NCBI GenBank assembly: GCA_963845565.1
Contig: CAWJSJ010000001.1
Coordinates: forward strand, 832,001 to 896,000
Source: an uncultured Methylomirabilota bacterium
GTDB taxonomy: Bacteria; Methylomirabilota; Methylomirabilia; Methylomirabilales; 2-02-FULL-66-22
DNA length: 64,000 nt
Direction of reading: 5' to 3'
Shown: positions 28,464 to 38,737 of the stretch, in pieces
How the letters are laid out: every line of letters begins with the position of its first letter
Position numbering within the stretch: the stretch's first letter is position 1
Made by a program: the position numbers and the translations under genes
Notes under the pieces: generated by a model
What the model saw: the letters and a program-made list of their open reading frames with translations, nothing else
Database searches by the model: none
Told to the model about the DNA's origin: nothing

Positions 28464-31418
28464 CTACCGCGGCGTCCTCGCGCAACGATCCGTCCCGGAA
28501 CTGAACTTCCCTGCGCCGGCCGCCGGCATGGCCCTCCCGTCAGTCTTCCCGTCGCCGCAGAGGTCCTGCGGAGCCTCAGCGACGGCAACAGCCATCTGTG
28601 CGATACACCTCGCGTCTCTCGGGGCGTCGCGGCGCGCCGTCAGGACGATCTGCGGATCGCCCAGATATCCGAAGGCGGATGACCAGAGGAGATGTAGGGT
28701 CGGGTCCGAGACACCGGAAACCGTTAGGCTCGGAAGGAGGTCCCAGCCGAATATGCGATACAGCAAACACCCGCGTTCTGGATCGTTCGGGTCTCCGTGG
28801 TATTCGGGCGGAGCGCAGTGGCGAATCGTTCCATCAGGTTCCAGCACCGCACGTGTGATGGTCGCATCTGCGTCGGTTGCGAAGGGTACGGTGAGCAGGA
28901 GCGCGCCTCCGGGAGCGAGAATGCGCGCGAACTCCGCAAGGGCCGCCCGATAGTTCCCCACGTGCTCGAGCACGTCGAAACACAATACGAAGTCTACCGA
29001 GGCGTCGCCGAGGGTCAACGCCGTGACGTCCTCGTTGCGGATTCCCCGTGCGTCGTGCTGGCCGCGAGGAATGCGATCCCCCAGATATTCGCTCCCGATC
29101 GTCTGCGGATATCGCGACACCAAGTGTTGATACAGAGGAGTGAGCTGCTCGGTCACGTAAACGCGACTGTGACTCTCTGGACGACCCAACCGGTCGAATA
29201 GGTGAAGGGCGGCCCGCGTGCGGTTGTTCAGCCCGCACCGTGGGCACACGACACGCTCCCGCCAGTTCGGTTGTCGCACTCCATCCCGCACCAACGCCGC
29301 ATACGCGTCGATGAGAAATTCCGCTGGTTGCCGGCAGACGGAGCAGTACCCACGCCGAGTGAAGCGCTCCCAATCGACGGGGAGGCGGCTGCTCACAGCG
29401 GCCTGTGCCTCGCACAGGCGTTCGCGCACGTCCCTGGACTGGTCGAACTCCGCCTTGCAGCCAGCCCGGAGCCATACCAACTCCTGTTCCGGTGCCGCGG
29501 CGATCCTACCGCTCACCCCAGGCCCGCCATGAGCGAATTCGCCCTCGGATGCATGGGGACCGCCCGCCGCGTCCGGAGTGAAATCGGCACAGCCGTCTCC
29601 GGACCCATCCTCCCTGCTGTCGCATGAGTCGCGTGCGGACCGATCCGTCCGCGCGCCCTGGTCTCGGAGTCGACGCAGATTGACCCGCGCGGGTTCGTGC
29701 TGGGGGGCCGCCGCCAGGACGGCGGCAAGCAACCGCTCCGCCTCGGCCAGACGCCCCACATGCATGTACCCGCAGGCCAGGTTGCTCACCCGGTCGGGAT
29801 CGGGCCGTAGCTTCACCCCCTCCTCGAGTTGCGCCAGACCTTCCGCCGTCTCGCCCAGCGACAAAAGGGCTAGGCCCAAACCGGATCTCGCCGCAGCGCA
29901 CACGGGTTCGCGTGTCAGAACCTCAATGAAGGCTTCACACGCCTCTGACCACGCCCCGGTGTGCAACGCTTGATCGCCCCTGTCGAGGGCGGATGGTTGT
30001 TCCGGTGTTGGCGCAACCGCCCGCACAGCGCTGCTCGGAGACAGGAGCCCCTCCCACGACACCGGGAGATCCACCTCGGGGTGACCGCATCGCTCCCACA
30101 GTTTCGCCCATGAGAGAAACCGATAGAACGCCATGCACACACTCAAGACAAGACTGTGGACCCCGTCTTTATGGGGCTCGTAGCGGCTGCGCAACTCGGC
30201 TGCCGCCGCTTCCATGGCGTGGGGCCAGGTGAATTTCTCCCCCGCCGCCAAGAGCTTCTCCGCTTCGAACTCCGTGTAGGTGTTCAGCCGTTCGACGAAT
30301 TCTCGCAAATCGCGATAGTTGTAGTGGAGCAGAACCGCCTCGGATGGGCCGACGAGGTTCTCGACCCGTCCGCGAACAATGGGCACGGCATGGACCTCGC
30401 GCGGCCAAGACACCACCCCGGATCGAAATAGCCGCATATGCCATTCGACATCCGTTCCCCAACCCGTGCCTGTCATCCATCGACCCGCAATGAAATTGCG
30501 CCGGGGGACGCGATAGCCGACAATGTCCTCGCTCGTGGTCATCGCGTGCTGTACCAACTGCGCCAGTTCTGCCGTCACCCGTTCGTCCGCATCGAGGAGG
30601 AATATCCACTCGCCGCGGGCCTGATCGATGGCAAATTGGCGAGCCGGCTCGACCACCCCCGTTCGCTCGTGAGACAGGATCCGGCCGGTGTATCGACGAG
30701 CGATCTCTACCGTCCGATCGTCGCTTCGCATGTCCACCACGACGATCTCGTCCGCAAACCCTTCGAGGCTACGCAGGCAGTCCTCCAGGTCACGTTCCTC
30801 GTTCAGGGTGTTGATCACAACCGAAAGGCGGGGGGCCGAGGTGGCGACACCGGCATTCGCGTCGTCCGGCGCGGAAAGACGCCGGGTCGGCATCCGGAAA
30901 CCGGGTTTCATCGCGACCGCGTTAAGGTTCACCACCACCGGTTCCTCCCCGTACCGACACTTGGATACCACGACGTTCTCGAAGCCCGCGCCCTCGAGTT
31001 CCCCGATCACTCCCTGTGCGGTAAAGATGTCCTTGTGAACTTGGAAGGGAACGTCGCTCGGCGAATACTTCCCATGGGTGTATCGCCAGACCTCGTCGAG
31101 ATTGAAGACCGCGCTCTGGATCCCAGCGCGCCGATGGCAATACGCCTCGACGACTGCGTCGAAATCCGGAATCCAATTGATCGTCAGGCGCCCGCCGGGG
31201 CACAGAATCCTGAACCATTCTCTAAGCGCCCCGGGCCGCTCGTGGCGGTATAGGTGTTCATACGCCGCATCCATTCGGATCTCGTCCACGGAGTCGTCGT
31301 CATACATGGGTAGCCGCACGACGTCCGCCACAAGATCGGTCGCCCGAGACGGGACGACGTCTATGTTGATGTAACCCTCCAAGTGCTTCGGACCGCAGCC
31401 GAGGTTGAGCCTCTTCAT
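28464..31418 (-). CDS. SAM methyltransferase-GT2-TPR-(CxxC...CxxC)-methyltransferase fusion (984 aa)
   Basis: RLNLGCG, EWFRILCPGGRL; LSVVINTLNEE..LLDADE; TPRs; CSVC..CPRC; FDVLEHV..RILAPGGALLLTVP. Confidence 0.88.
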   Translation of the reverse strand: MKRLNLGCGPKHLEGYINIDVVPSRATDLVADVVRLPMYDDDSVDEIRMDAAYEHLYRHERPGALREWFRILCPGGRLTINWIPDFDAVVEAYCHRRAGIQSAVFNLDEVWRYTHGKYSPSDVPFQVHKDIFTAQGVIGELEGAGFENVVVSKCRYGEEPVVVNLNAVAMKPGFRMPTRRLSAPDDANAGVATSAPRLSVVINTLNEERDLEDCLRSLEGFADEIVVVDMRSDDRTVEIARRYTGRILSHERTGVVEPARQFAIDQARGEWIFLLDADERVTAELAQLVQHAMTTSEDIVGYRVPRRNFIAGRWMTGTGWGTDVEWHMRLFRSGVVSWPREVHAVPIVRGRVENLVGPSEAVLLHYNYRDLREFVERLNTYTEFEAEKLLAAGEKFTWPHAMEAAAAELRSRYEPHKDGVHSLVLSVCMAFYRFLSWAKLWERCGHPEVDLPVSWEGLLSPSSAVRAVAPTPEQPSALDRGDQALHTGAWSEACEAFIEVLTREPVCAAARSGLGLALLSLGETAEGLAQLEEGVKLRPDPDRVSNLACGYMHVGRLAEAERLLAAVLAAAPQHEPARVNLRRLRDQGARTDRSARDSCDSREDGSGDGCADFTPDAAGGPHASEGEFAHGGPGVSGRIAAAPEQELVWLRAGCKAEFDQSRDVRERLCEAQAAVSSRLPVDWERFTRRGYCSVCRQPAEFLIDAYAALVRDGVRQPNWRERVVCPRCGLNNRTRAALHLFDRLGRPESHSRVYVTEQLTPLYQHLVSRYPQTIGSEYLGDRIPRGQHDARGIRNEDVTALTLGDASVDFVLCFDVLEHVGNYRAALAEFARILAPGGALLLTVPFATDADATITRAVLEPDGTIRHCAPPEYHGDPNDPERGCLLYRIFGWDLLPSLTVSGVSDPTLHLLWSSAFGYLGDPQIVLTARRDAPRDARCIAQMAVAVAEAPQDLCGDGKTDGRAMPAAGAGKFSSGTDRCARTPR

Positions 31419-34078
31419 CTGGCACGCCCGTTCTCGCCGCAGGCCAATGGTCCGTGTTCTGCAAGAGCCAGATCATTCGATCTCACGCCAAGTCGCACCA
31501 CTCCCCGCCCTGGGTCGTGTTCGTCCTGGGCACCCGGGAGTGCCGTATGGTGTGGCGCGGTCGCTGTCATCTCCACGCGTTCAAGGCCTCGAGTCGCGTC
31601 GGAATCCATCGGCGCAATGTCTAACGCTGCCCGATACGCCAGAGCCGCAGCCGCCGGAACGCCGCGCCTCTCCGCGGCAAGTCCAAGTCCCACCAACGAC
31701 CGGGTGTCGGCGGGGTTTACGCGCACCTGCCGCTCGAAGGTGTTGTAAGCCTCGACATACCGCCCGGCCCGCAACAGATCCCAAGCCGGACCATTGCCGT
31801 TTGAAACGGACTCCCACTCAGAGGCAAGGTTCGCCGGGTCCAGAACTGTTCCGCGTTCCACGGTATAGGCCCGGGTCGACAGCGGCGCGGGATCAAATGG
31901 GGGGGGCGCGACCGTACTCGTGGTCGTCGCGCAGAGGACCGCGCCAGCGCGGTCTCCACCCGTGCTCATCCCGCCCCCCACCCGAGCCAGGGCCCGACTC
32001 GCGTCGGGATCCCCCGGCACCATGGTGAGAACCATCCGATACGCCAACCGAGCCGCCGCCGGGACACCCCGCCCCTCCGCGGCGAGTCCCAACCCAACCA
32101 GCGCACGGGCGTTCGCGGGATTCGCTCGAACCTCCGCTTCGAAGCCCTCGTACGCGTCGCCGTATCGTTCCGCGGCCAGCATGTCCCACGCGTCCGGAGG
32201 GGCATCGGCCGTTATCGGCGGCGGGGGTCCGACGAGTTGGAGATGCCGGCCGATGTCCCACTTCTCCAGGAAAAGCCGCTTGTTCCGTTCCAGCACCTCG
32301 CCGAAGGCGTCTCCTAGTTGCCCGAAGGTCTGGTGTCCCTCGTGATGCACCAGGACATCCTGCGCCCAGAGCAGTCGGTATCCCGCCATGCGAACACGAA
32401 GGCAGTAGTCATCATCCTCGAGTTTGCCGAGGCCGAACCGCTCGTCGAAGAGCCCCACCATCTGAATGACATTTCGCGGGATGAGCACACAGAGTCCTGC
32501 CAGCCGCTCGACTTCTACCGCCCGCCCCCGGTGAACGTGGGCGCGTTCCGCCGCAAATGCCAGGTACTCCTCGTGGGTCGTGTAGGGCGCGGTAATCTGC
32601 TGGGACGACGTCGCGAAATTCGTCGCGGGTCCGACCAACCCTACACTCGGGTCGGTTCGCGCGTGCGCAAGTAACCTCGCGGCCCATCCGGGGGGGACCA
32701 GCGTATCGTTGTGCAGCAGGAGGACGTACTCGCCGAGCGAAGCCAGAATGCCCCGATTGCACGCCGCAGGCACCCCGTGGTTCTGGGTGTGGGAGATGAC
32801 GCGCAATCCCTCCTCCCGTGCCCACGCCGGCGTCCCGTCCGTGGACCCATTGTCCACGATGATGATCTCGTGTGGCGTTTCGGTGTGCCGCCGGATGCTG
32901 GCGACGCATTGTCGCGTCAAGTCGAGCCTGTTGTGCGTCGGGATGACGATACTGACCTGCACACCCATGGCGCGCCCCATCTCGGAGGTGAACCTGTGGT
33001 CGCCGGCCTCTGCCCGCAGAACCGGCCCGCCCGCATTGCGCGCCGCGACCGGGACCGAGTTCGCCGGAGGCTCCCCGTTCGCTCGACGGATAACAACGCT
33101 CCCGCCTGCGCGATCGTCCCCCGACACGCTCGCCGCCGCAGCCTTCTGGCCCCGCCCGACGCTCGTTCGCTCCACCCCCTCGACCGGGTATTTGTCGTCC
33201 AATCGTGCGCCTCCGCAGACCGCGGAAAGGAGGTCGTCCATCCGGTGGGCGTAGGTGTGATGCGCCCGCACGTGCTCCATCCCGGTTTGCGCGATCCGCT
33301 CCCGCTCGTTTTCATCGTGAAGGAATTGCTGAATGAGGGCCGGCAGATCTTCGCCCCGCTGATAGGTCAACAGGTGTACGCCGGGGGTGAAGAGCAAGTC
33401 TTGCCCGTTCTCCGCCAAGTCGTTGGTGATCAATAGCGAACCGCAGGCCGCCGCCTCGAACACGCGTCGGTTGATGTTGTTGCGAACGGCGCAGTTGAAG
33501 ACCAGGCGGGAAGCGCTGTAGACGCGTGTCAGTTCGTCGCCATGCGCTTGGCCGACGAACGCCCGTGGAACGTGGCTTCGAATCCACTCCACCCACCGGG
33601 TTCGCTCTCCGTCTCCCGTACCCGTGCTCCCCACAAAACAGATATCGTACTCTTTGCCGACAAAGGGGATACGCCGATGGGTCTCGGGGTCGCACGCCAG
33701 CGGCAACCAGAATACGTTCGGGACTCCTTCTGCCCGCATCCGCGCCGCCTCGTCCCGCTGCGCGCAAAACGTCCAGTCCGCACCAGGGATTCGACCCCGT
33801 GGTCCCGCGAACTCCCGGTCGGTGCCGAGTGCCCAGGTGGCCATCGGACGCAGCGCCTCCGGCAGGTCGTATTCCCAGCCCTCGGCCACCAGGAGATAGA
33901 GGTCGTAGATCGGCGGAATGTCGGCAACCTCGTCGGGGAGAAAATGGGTGACCAGGCGGCCCTGCCGTTCCAGGGCGCGACGGCAATATTCCCCAATAGT
34001 GTCGGGGCGAGTCGTGTCGTCGTAGATGATCGCGATCTTTAGGTGTTGTTTGCCCGTCAAGACGGTGGGAGCCGGCAT
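31415..34078 (-). CDS. CgeB/GT-B-like glycosyltransferase-GT2-tandem TPR fusion
   Basis: WLPLACDP, YDICFVGS, NRRVFEAAACG, HTYAHR; VSIVIPTHN..DNGSTDG..EDDDYC; duplicated ~70-aa TPR module. Start is 34078 (ATG) or 34120. Confidence 0.88.
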   Translation of the reverse strand: MPAPTVLTGKQHLKIAIIYDDTTRPDTIGEYCRRALERQGRLVTHFLPDEVADIPPIYDLYLLVAEGWEYDLPEALRPMATWALGTDREFAGPRGRIPGADWTFCAQRDEAARMRAEGVPNVFWLPLACDPETHRRIPFVGKEYDICFVGSTGTGDGERTRWVEWIRSHVPRAFVGQAHGDELTRVYSASRLVFNCAVRNNINRRVFEAAACGSLLITNDLAENGQDLLFTPGVHLLTYQRGEDLPALIQQFLHDENERERIAQTGMEHVRAHHTYAHRMDDLLSAVCGGARLDDKYPVEGVERTSVGRGQKAAAASVSGDDRAGGSVVIRRANGEPPANSVPVAARNAGGPVLRAEAGDHRFTSEMGRAMGVQVSIVIPTHNRLDLTRQCVASIRRHTETPHEIIIVDNGSTDGTPAWAREEGLRVISHTQNHGVPAACNRGILASLGEYVLLLHNDTLVPPGWAARLLAHARTDPSVGLVGPATNFATSSQQITAPYTTHEEYLAFAAERAHVHRGRAVEVERLAGLCVLIPRNVIQMVGLFDERFGLGKLEDDDYCLRVRMAGYRLLWAQDVLVHHEGHQTFGQLGDAFGEVLERNKRLFLEKWDIGRHLQLVGPPPPITADAPPDAWDMLAAERYGDAYEGFEAEVRANPANARALVGLGLAAEGRGVPAAARLAYRMVLTMVPGDPDASRALARVGGGMSTGGDRAGAVLCATTTSTVAPPPFDPAPLSTRAYTVERGTVLDPANLASEWESVSNGNGPAWDLLRAGRYVEAYNTFERQVRVNPADTRSLVGLGLAAERRGVPAAAALAYRAALDIAPMDSDATRGLERVEMTATAPHHTALPGAQDEHDPGRGVVRLGVRSNDLALAEHGPLACGENGRAR

Positions 34079-34168
34079 GGTCGAAAGAGCCTCCTCCGGC
34101 GGCGCCGGGCTGGCATCCAAGTTTCACGGCATTCAAACGGGCGGACGCGCTGTTCGGGGAAGGAGAGG

Positions 34169-34183
34169 GCAAGGGGCGTGCCA
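34169..34183 (-). promoter_or_regulatory. Sigma54 promoter for the glycosyltransferase island
   Basis: Minus strand TGGCAC-GCCCC-TTGC, a perfect consensus match, with an AT-rich (IHF-like) tract at ~34195-34255. Confidence 0.82.
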
Positions 34184-34279
34184 CTCTGGCGAACAGATCG
34201 ATGAATTAATCGCAGTGTTTACAATACGTTACGGAGAGAAGAGAAAATTCTCTGGAGGGAAATGGGCAGGTCTTGCCGC

Positions 34280-34597
34280 TTACCCGGCACCGTTGGAGAC
34301 GCCCGATGCCGCCGGTGCGTCGCTGGGAGGCTCGGAAATCCCGCGCTTTAGGGCGGGGACGAGTCCTTGCCGGGCCCGCAGGGTGGCGCCCATGGCCGCC
34401 AATTCGTCCGCCCGGAGCGTCGCGGCCCGCTGGTTTTCCCGACGGATGCGCTCGAGCAGTTCCTGCCGGTGAATCGGAACCTCTCGGGGCGCCGACACAC
34501 CCAGGCTGACCTGGTCTCCCCGCACGGAGAGGATCGTCACCTCGACCGATTCGCCGATGAGCAGCCGCTCCCCCGGTTTCCGGCTTACTACCAGCAT
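34280..34597 (-). CDS. csrA: Carbon storage regulator CsrA with C-terminal extension (FliW-regulated type)
   Basis: [38 protein letters not shown]. Confidence 0.96.
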   Translation of the reverse strand: MLVVSRKPGERLLIGESVEVTILSVRGDQVSLGVSAPREVPIHRQELLERIRRENQRAATLRADELAAMGATLRARQGLVPALKRGISEPPSDAPAASGVSNGAG

Positions 34598-34607
34598 CGC
34601 GCAGTCC

Positions 34608-35126
34608 TTAGTCGGCGCCCAGGAGGTGCCGCAGGCTGTACGGGCTGTCGTGCAGCACGACCTGAAATCCCAACCGCCTGACGGGATTGATCAAGACCGG
34701 TCCGCGCAGATTGGCGTGCAACGTCAGGGTGTCCTGCGCCACGGCGCAGATCGCCAGGATCTCCAACGGCTGCCCGGGCTTGGCCTCCACCGCCTCCCGG
34801 GCGTCCGGCGGAATGGGCGGCGCGTACTCCGCCAGACACATGCGCGCAGGTAACACCGGAAATGCCACCCCGGGATCATCACAAGAGACGAGGAAGGTCA
34901 GTGGCTGCAGGGCTTCCGGCGCCACCACACAGAACTCGCGGAGCTCCTCGAAACCCAGGAGTCCGGACGAAAACGTGAGCACCTGGTCCGAAAACAGCTC
35001 CAGACGGCCAAATCGCCGGCTCTCGAGGATCCGTGGGGCGCTGCCGGCGCGCGCCTCGGACAACGTGTCGACGGCAAAGGAAACGACCGGACAGGTGTCC
35101 GCGGATGTCGCCGTAATCGGTGTCAT
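34608..35126 (-). CDS. fliW: Flagellar assembly factor FliW
   Basis: [35 protein letters not shown]; adjacent to csrA. Confidence 0.94.
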   Translation of the reverse strand: MTPITATSADTCPVVSFAVDTLSEARAGSAPRILESRRFGRLELFSDQVLTFSSGLLGFEELREFCVVAPEALQPLTFLVSCDDPGVAFPVLPARMCLAEYAPPIPPDAREAVEAKPGQPLEILAICAVAQDTLTLHANLRGPVLINPVRRLGFQVVLHDSPYSLRHLLGAD

Positions 35127-36028
35127 CGTAGGTAGTCCACCAGGCTCGCCTTCATCGCCTTGGCGCCGGCGGCCAGCGAGGCGTCGAAGGCGTTTTGGAG
35201 TTTCTGGAGTTCCACGTACACCTCGGTGATGTTGGCGTCCTGCACTTTACTCCGGAGCGCCTCGACCCGCGTGAGGTCCTCCTGGTTGCGGGTTCGGATC
35301 GCCTCGAGACGTTGCACCGCGACGCCAACCACGCCCGACGCCGTGTTGACCTGGTCAATCCCTTGCGAGAGGGTGCCCATGGTGGCTGCGATACCTGCCG
35401 TGTCGTCGGCCGTCAAACTGTCGCGAAGGGTCGCCAGGGTGGCGAACAGGTCCACGGTACTGGTAAAGGCTTGGCCGCCCGGCAGGTTGGTCTGGACCAG
35501 GAACCCTGACGCCACCTCCGCGTTCACCAAACCGTTGATCCCCACCGGGTTGGCCGTGACGGCGGTGATCCGACCGGTCGCATCCCGCGTCGCGGCATAG
35601 GGAGCCGTGCCGGTCTGGGTTCCGCCGAAGATGTACCGGTCCCGGAAACGGGAATTTGCCTGCGAGAGGAGCTCTTCCAGGAGTTCGTTCACCTCTTCGG
35701 CCAGAGGGCCGCGGCTCCCGGACATGATGTCGCTGCTTCCCCGGACGGCCACTTCCCGAGTTTGCTGCAGGATCTCCGTCACCCGCTCCAGGGGCGTCGC
35801 GGTACTCCGCAACGCCTCTTGCGCCGCGTCGGTGGCACGCTGGAAACCCTGCAACCCCTCCTTGGTCGCCTGGAACCGCATCACCAGCCCGCTGCCCAAG
35901 GGATCGTCGGAGGCCCGATTGATCCGCTTCGTGCTCGCCAACTGCTCCTGCGCTTTCGCCAGCCGCCCCAAGCTCCCGGTGATGTTTCCCAAGACCTGGG
36001 TTGCCACCATGTTCTGGGTGATTCGCAT
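35123..36028 (-). CDS. flgL: Hook-associated protein FlgL
   Basis: MRITQNM, QEQLASTKRINRASDDP, YIFGGT, SLVDYLR. Confidence 0.96.
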   Translation of the reverse strand: MRITQNMVATQVLGNITGSLGRLAKAQEQLASTKRINRASDDPLGSGLVMRFQATKEGLQGFQRATDAAQEALRSTATPLERVTEILQQTREVAVRGSSDIMSGSRGPLAEEVNELLEELLSQANSRFRDRYIFGGTQTGTAPYAATRDATGRITAVTANPVGINGLVNAEVASGFLVQTNLPGGQAFTSTVDLFATLATLRDSLTADDTAGIAATMGTLSQGIDQVNTASGVVGVAVQRLEAIRTRNQEDLTRVEALRSKVQDANITEVYVELQKLQNAFDASLAAGAKAMKASLVDYLR

Positions 36029-36086
36029 AGCATCCTCTGAGACCGTTCAACGCCCGGGGCCGAGCGCCGAACGCTGAACGGCCCGA

Positions 36087-37793
36087 TTACCGCAGCAGCC
36101 CGTTTACGACGGTGTTGAGGAGTTCGTCCACAACCTGTACCAGTTTGGCCGACGCCTCGAAGGCCCGCTGGGCCTTGGTGAGCTCGATCATCTCCTCGTC
36201 CAGCGAGACCCCCGCCACCTGCTCGCGCTGGTTCTGGATGGTTCGCGTCACCAGTTCCTGGCTCTCGACCAAGCGATTGACGGCGGCCGTCCGCGCCCCC
36301 AGAACCCCGACGGTTTCCGCGTAGTAGTCGGTGAGGCTCGCGGCGCCTCCGCCGAGTACCTTCTTCTCGCTCAGGCCCGCCATCGCAAGGGCGGCTCGGT
36401 TATCCCCGGCGCCCACCAACCCCGTGGTCGGATCGGGGACCCCCGTTGACAGGAGATTCGGGTCCGTTTGGAGCGCGGCGTTCACATCGATGGTTCGGGC
36501 GTTGGTCCCGGTGAAGAACGCGTTGACCCCGAGCGCCGACAGAAGATTGCCGGTGTCCCCGGCAAACCGGACGCTCTGACCGGAGGTCGCATTGAGGTTC
36601 AGCGTTCCACCCGTCACGCTGGCCGAGAGGCCGGCAATCCCCCCGAATTGTGCGGCAAGGTCGTTCAGCGTCGTGGCGGCGGTGAGCGTGACCGTCCCCG
36701 ATCCGGTCACCGCGCCCGTCGCCGTGTCATAGGTGAACACGTTCATACTTCCGGGTATCGTGAGCGCAAACGGCAACCCGGCGGAGGACAGCGGGATGGC
36801 CGGATCCGTGACTTGATACTGGCTCGTGACCGACTGCAACCCCGCCCCGCCCGCCCCCGCGGCTTGGATCTGGTTGATCTGCTCGATGAGCGTCGAGGCG
36901 AGTGCGTCAAGCCTGGCCTCGGCGTACTTCACGTACCCGCTGCTGTCGTTCCGCGCCGTAAACAGCCCTCCGATTTCCCCCCCTCGCGCGCTGATCACCG
37001 TCCCGCCCAGCGTCAGGAGGTAGTCGTCGCTGGTCGTGGACAGGGACGCTCCCAGGGTAGCCACGGTGGTTCCATCCACCAGGACCCCGCCACCGCCAGA
37101 GAGGGAGACCAGGACCGTCCCGTCCGGCCGCGCGAAGCGAGAGATCCCGATGAGCGCCGACAACTTGTCCAGATCGTCATCCCGCCGATCCATTAAATCA
37201 TTGGGGGATCCCCCGGCAATCACGACGGCCTGGATCTGGTTGTTCAACTCGCCGATGTCTTGCAACAGATCATTGGCATCTCCGACGCGGCGGACGATCT
37301 CCGTTTCGATGTTGCGCTTGAGATCGGTGAGGCCGGTGCTCGCCCGGCGAAGATCACCGGCCAGAATATCGCCCTGCTCGACAGCGGCGCGCTTGGTCGT
37401 ATAATCCTCGGGATAGCTGGCCACGTCGCGTAACGCGTTAAAAAATCTGGAAAAGCTGGCCTGGAGGCCATCATCGGATGGCTCGCCGAGGAGCGATTCG
37501 ATTTGGCTCAGTGCCGATTGGGTGGCCTGGTGTTCGCCGAGCGCCTGCTGCGATCGAGCGTATTGCTGATCCAGAAACTGGTCCCGAAGCCGGCGGATCC
37601 CCGCCACCGTGACCCCGGTCCCGACCTGCCCGACGGGCAGGGTTTCCGGAGGCGAAGCGGTCAGGTCCACTCGCTGACGTGTGTATTCCGCCCGCCCCGC
37701 GTTGGCCACGTTGTTGGCCGTGGTCTGCAAGACCAGCTGGTTCGCAAAGAGCGCGGACTTGGCGACCCCCAGCGTTCCGAACAGGCCGCTCAT
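36087..37793 (-). CDS. flgK: Hook-associated protein FlgK
   Basis: MSGLFGTLGVAKSAL..ANNVANA..YTRQRV, NDLMDRRD, GVSLDEEM..QRAFEASAK. Confidence 0.96.
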   Translation of the reverse strand: MSGLFGTLGVAKSALFANQLVLQTTANNVANAGRAEYTRQRVDLTASPPETLPVGQVGTGVTVAGIRRLRDQFLDQQYARSQQALGEHQATQSALSQIESLLGEPSDDGLQASFSRFFNALRDVASYPEDYTTKRAAVEQGDILAGDLRRASTGLTDLKRNIETEIVRRVGDANDLLQDIGELNNQIQAVVIAGGSPNDLMDRRDDDLDKLSALIGISRFARPDGTVLVSLSGGGGVLVDGTTVATLGASLSTTSDDYLLTLGGTVISARGGEIGGLFTARNDSSGYVKYAEARLDALASTLIEQINQIQAAGAGGAGLQSVTSQYQVTDPAIPLSSAGLPFALTIPGSMNVFTYDTATGAVTGSGTVTLTAATTLNDLAAQFGGIAGLSASVTGGTLNLNATSGQSVRFAGDTGNLLSALGVNAFFTGTNARTIDVNAALQTDPNLLSTGVPDPTTGLVGAGDNRAALAMAGLSEKKVLGGGAASLTDYYAETVGVLGARTAAVNRLVESQELVTRTIQNQREQVAGVSLDEEMIELTKAQRAFEASAKLVQVVDELLNTVVNGLLR

Positions 37794-38290
37794 GCTGTTT
37801 GATTGACTGCGGCGAGTGGACGGGCGTCTCCTTCGCACCGTCCCCCGGAATTATACGTCGGTCCGCTCGTCGCCACCGTGCGGAAGAGCGCCAGGGACCC
37901 GTGGACGAAATCAAGCGAGCGATCCAGAAGGGTGCGATTGACATCGTTGGCGGCCATCAGCAGGCCCACCGCCCCGCGGAACTCAACCAGCAGTACCTGG
38001 AGCGCCTCGCCGATCTCGCCGGGTGCCATCGAGACCACCCGGGCCAGGGTCATCCGTGAGCCCTCCTCGCCGCATTCCCGCGCCAGGCGCTCCAGGATTG
38101 ACAGCCGCGAAGCCCCCAACTGCGCCAGGTCTCGCGTGATCGTCTCCTTCCTGTGCACCAGCTCCGCCAGTCCGGCGAATTCCCCACGAACGATCCGCCC
38201 CCGCTCCTTGCGAACCACGGCGATCAGGCGACGATACTGGTCGATTTCCTGGCGAAGAGTCGTGGCCAGCTCGGCGAAGAGTGACTGCAT
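37790..38290 (-). CDS. flgN: Flagellar export chaperone FlgN
   Basis: Helical protein between flgM and flgK; NDVNRTLL, TYNSGG. Confidence 0.85.
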   Translation of the reverse strand: MQSLFAELATTLRQEIDQYRRLIAVVRKERGRIVRGEFAGLAELVHRKETITRDLAQLGASRLSILERLARECGEEGSRMTLARVVSMAPGEIGEALQVLLVEFRGAVGLLMAANDVNRTLLDRSLDFVHGSLALFRTVATSGPTYNSGGRCEGDARPLAAVNQTA

Positions 38291-38405
38291 GGCGTTCTCC
38301 GTCTTTCTCGGGACCCCGGTCAACCTTTCGTGGGAGGGTCAGAGAGCCTCACCGGGTTCCCCAACCGGTCGGCCGCCCCGGCGGTAGTCGGACGGTACCC
38401 TTGAG

Positions 38406-38705
38406 TCAGGCGAACAGTCCCTCGCCCAACAACCGCTCGGCGATCTTCTCACCTGAAACGTGATAGGTGCCGTCTTTGATGGTTTGCTTTATGGATTCAA
38501 CCTTATCCATACGGATTTGCGGTGTGTTCTTCAGTGAGTCAGACGCCACGAGCAGGGCCCTTGCGCGATCGGAAAGCTCGACCCGGTCTCCCCCGAGTTT
38601 TCCGGTTGGGCCGGTTTTCGCGTTCGGATCCAGTTTTCCGCCTTGTACAGGTTGCGGCGTCTGCGCCAAACCCCGAGAGATTCCATCCTCGTTCCGAATC
38701 TTCAC
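38406..38705 (-). CDS. flgM: Anti-sigma28 factor FlgM
   Basis: GDRVELS, IRMDKVESIKQTIKDGTYHVSGEKIAERLL. Confidence 0.93.
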   Translation of the reverse strand: MKIRNEDGISRGLAQTPQPVQGGKLDPNAKTGPTGKLGGDRVELSDRARALLVASDSLKNTPQIRMDKVESIKQTIKDGTYHVSGEKIAERLLGEGLFA

Positions 38706-38737
38706 CGGACCCTCCGTTCGGTATTGTGGTGCCCCTA

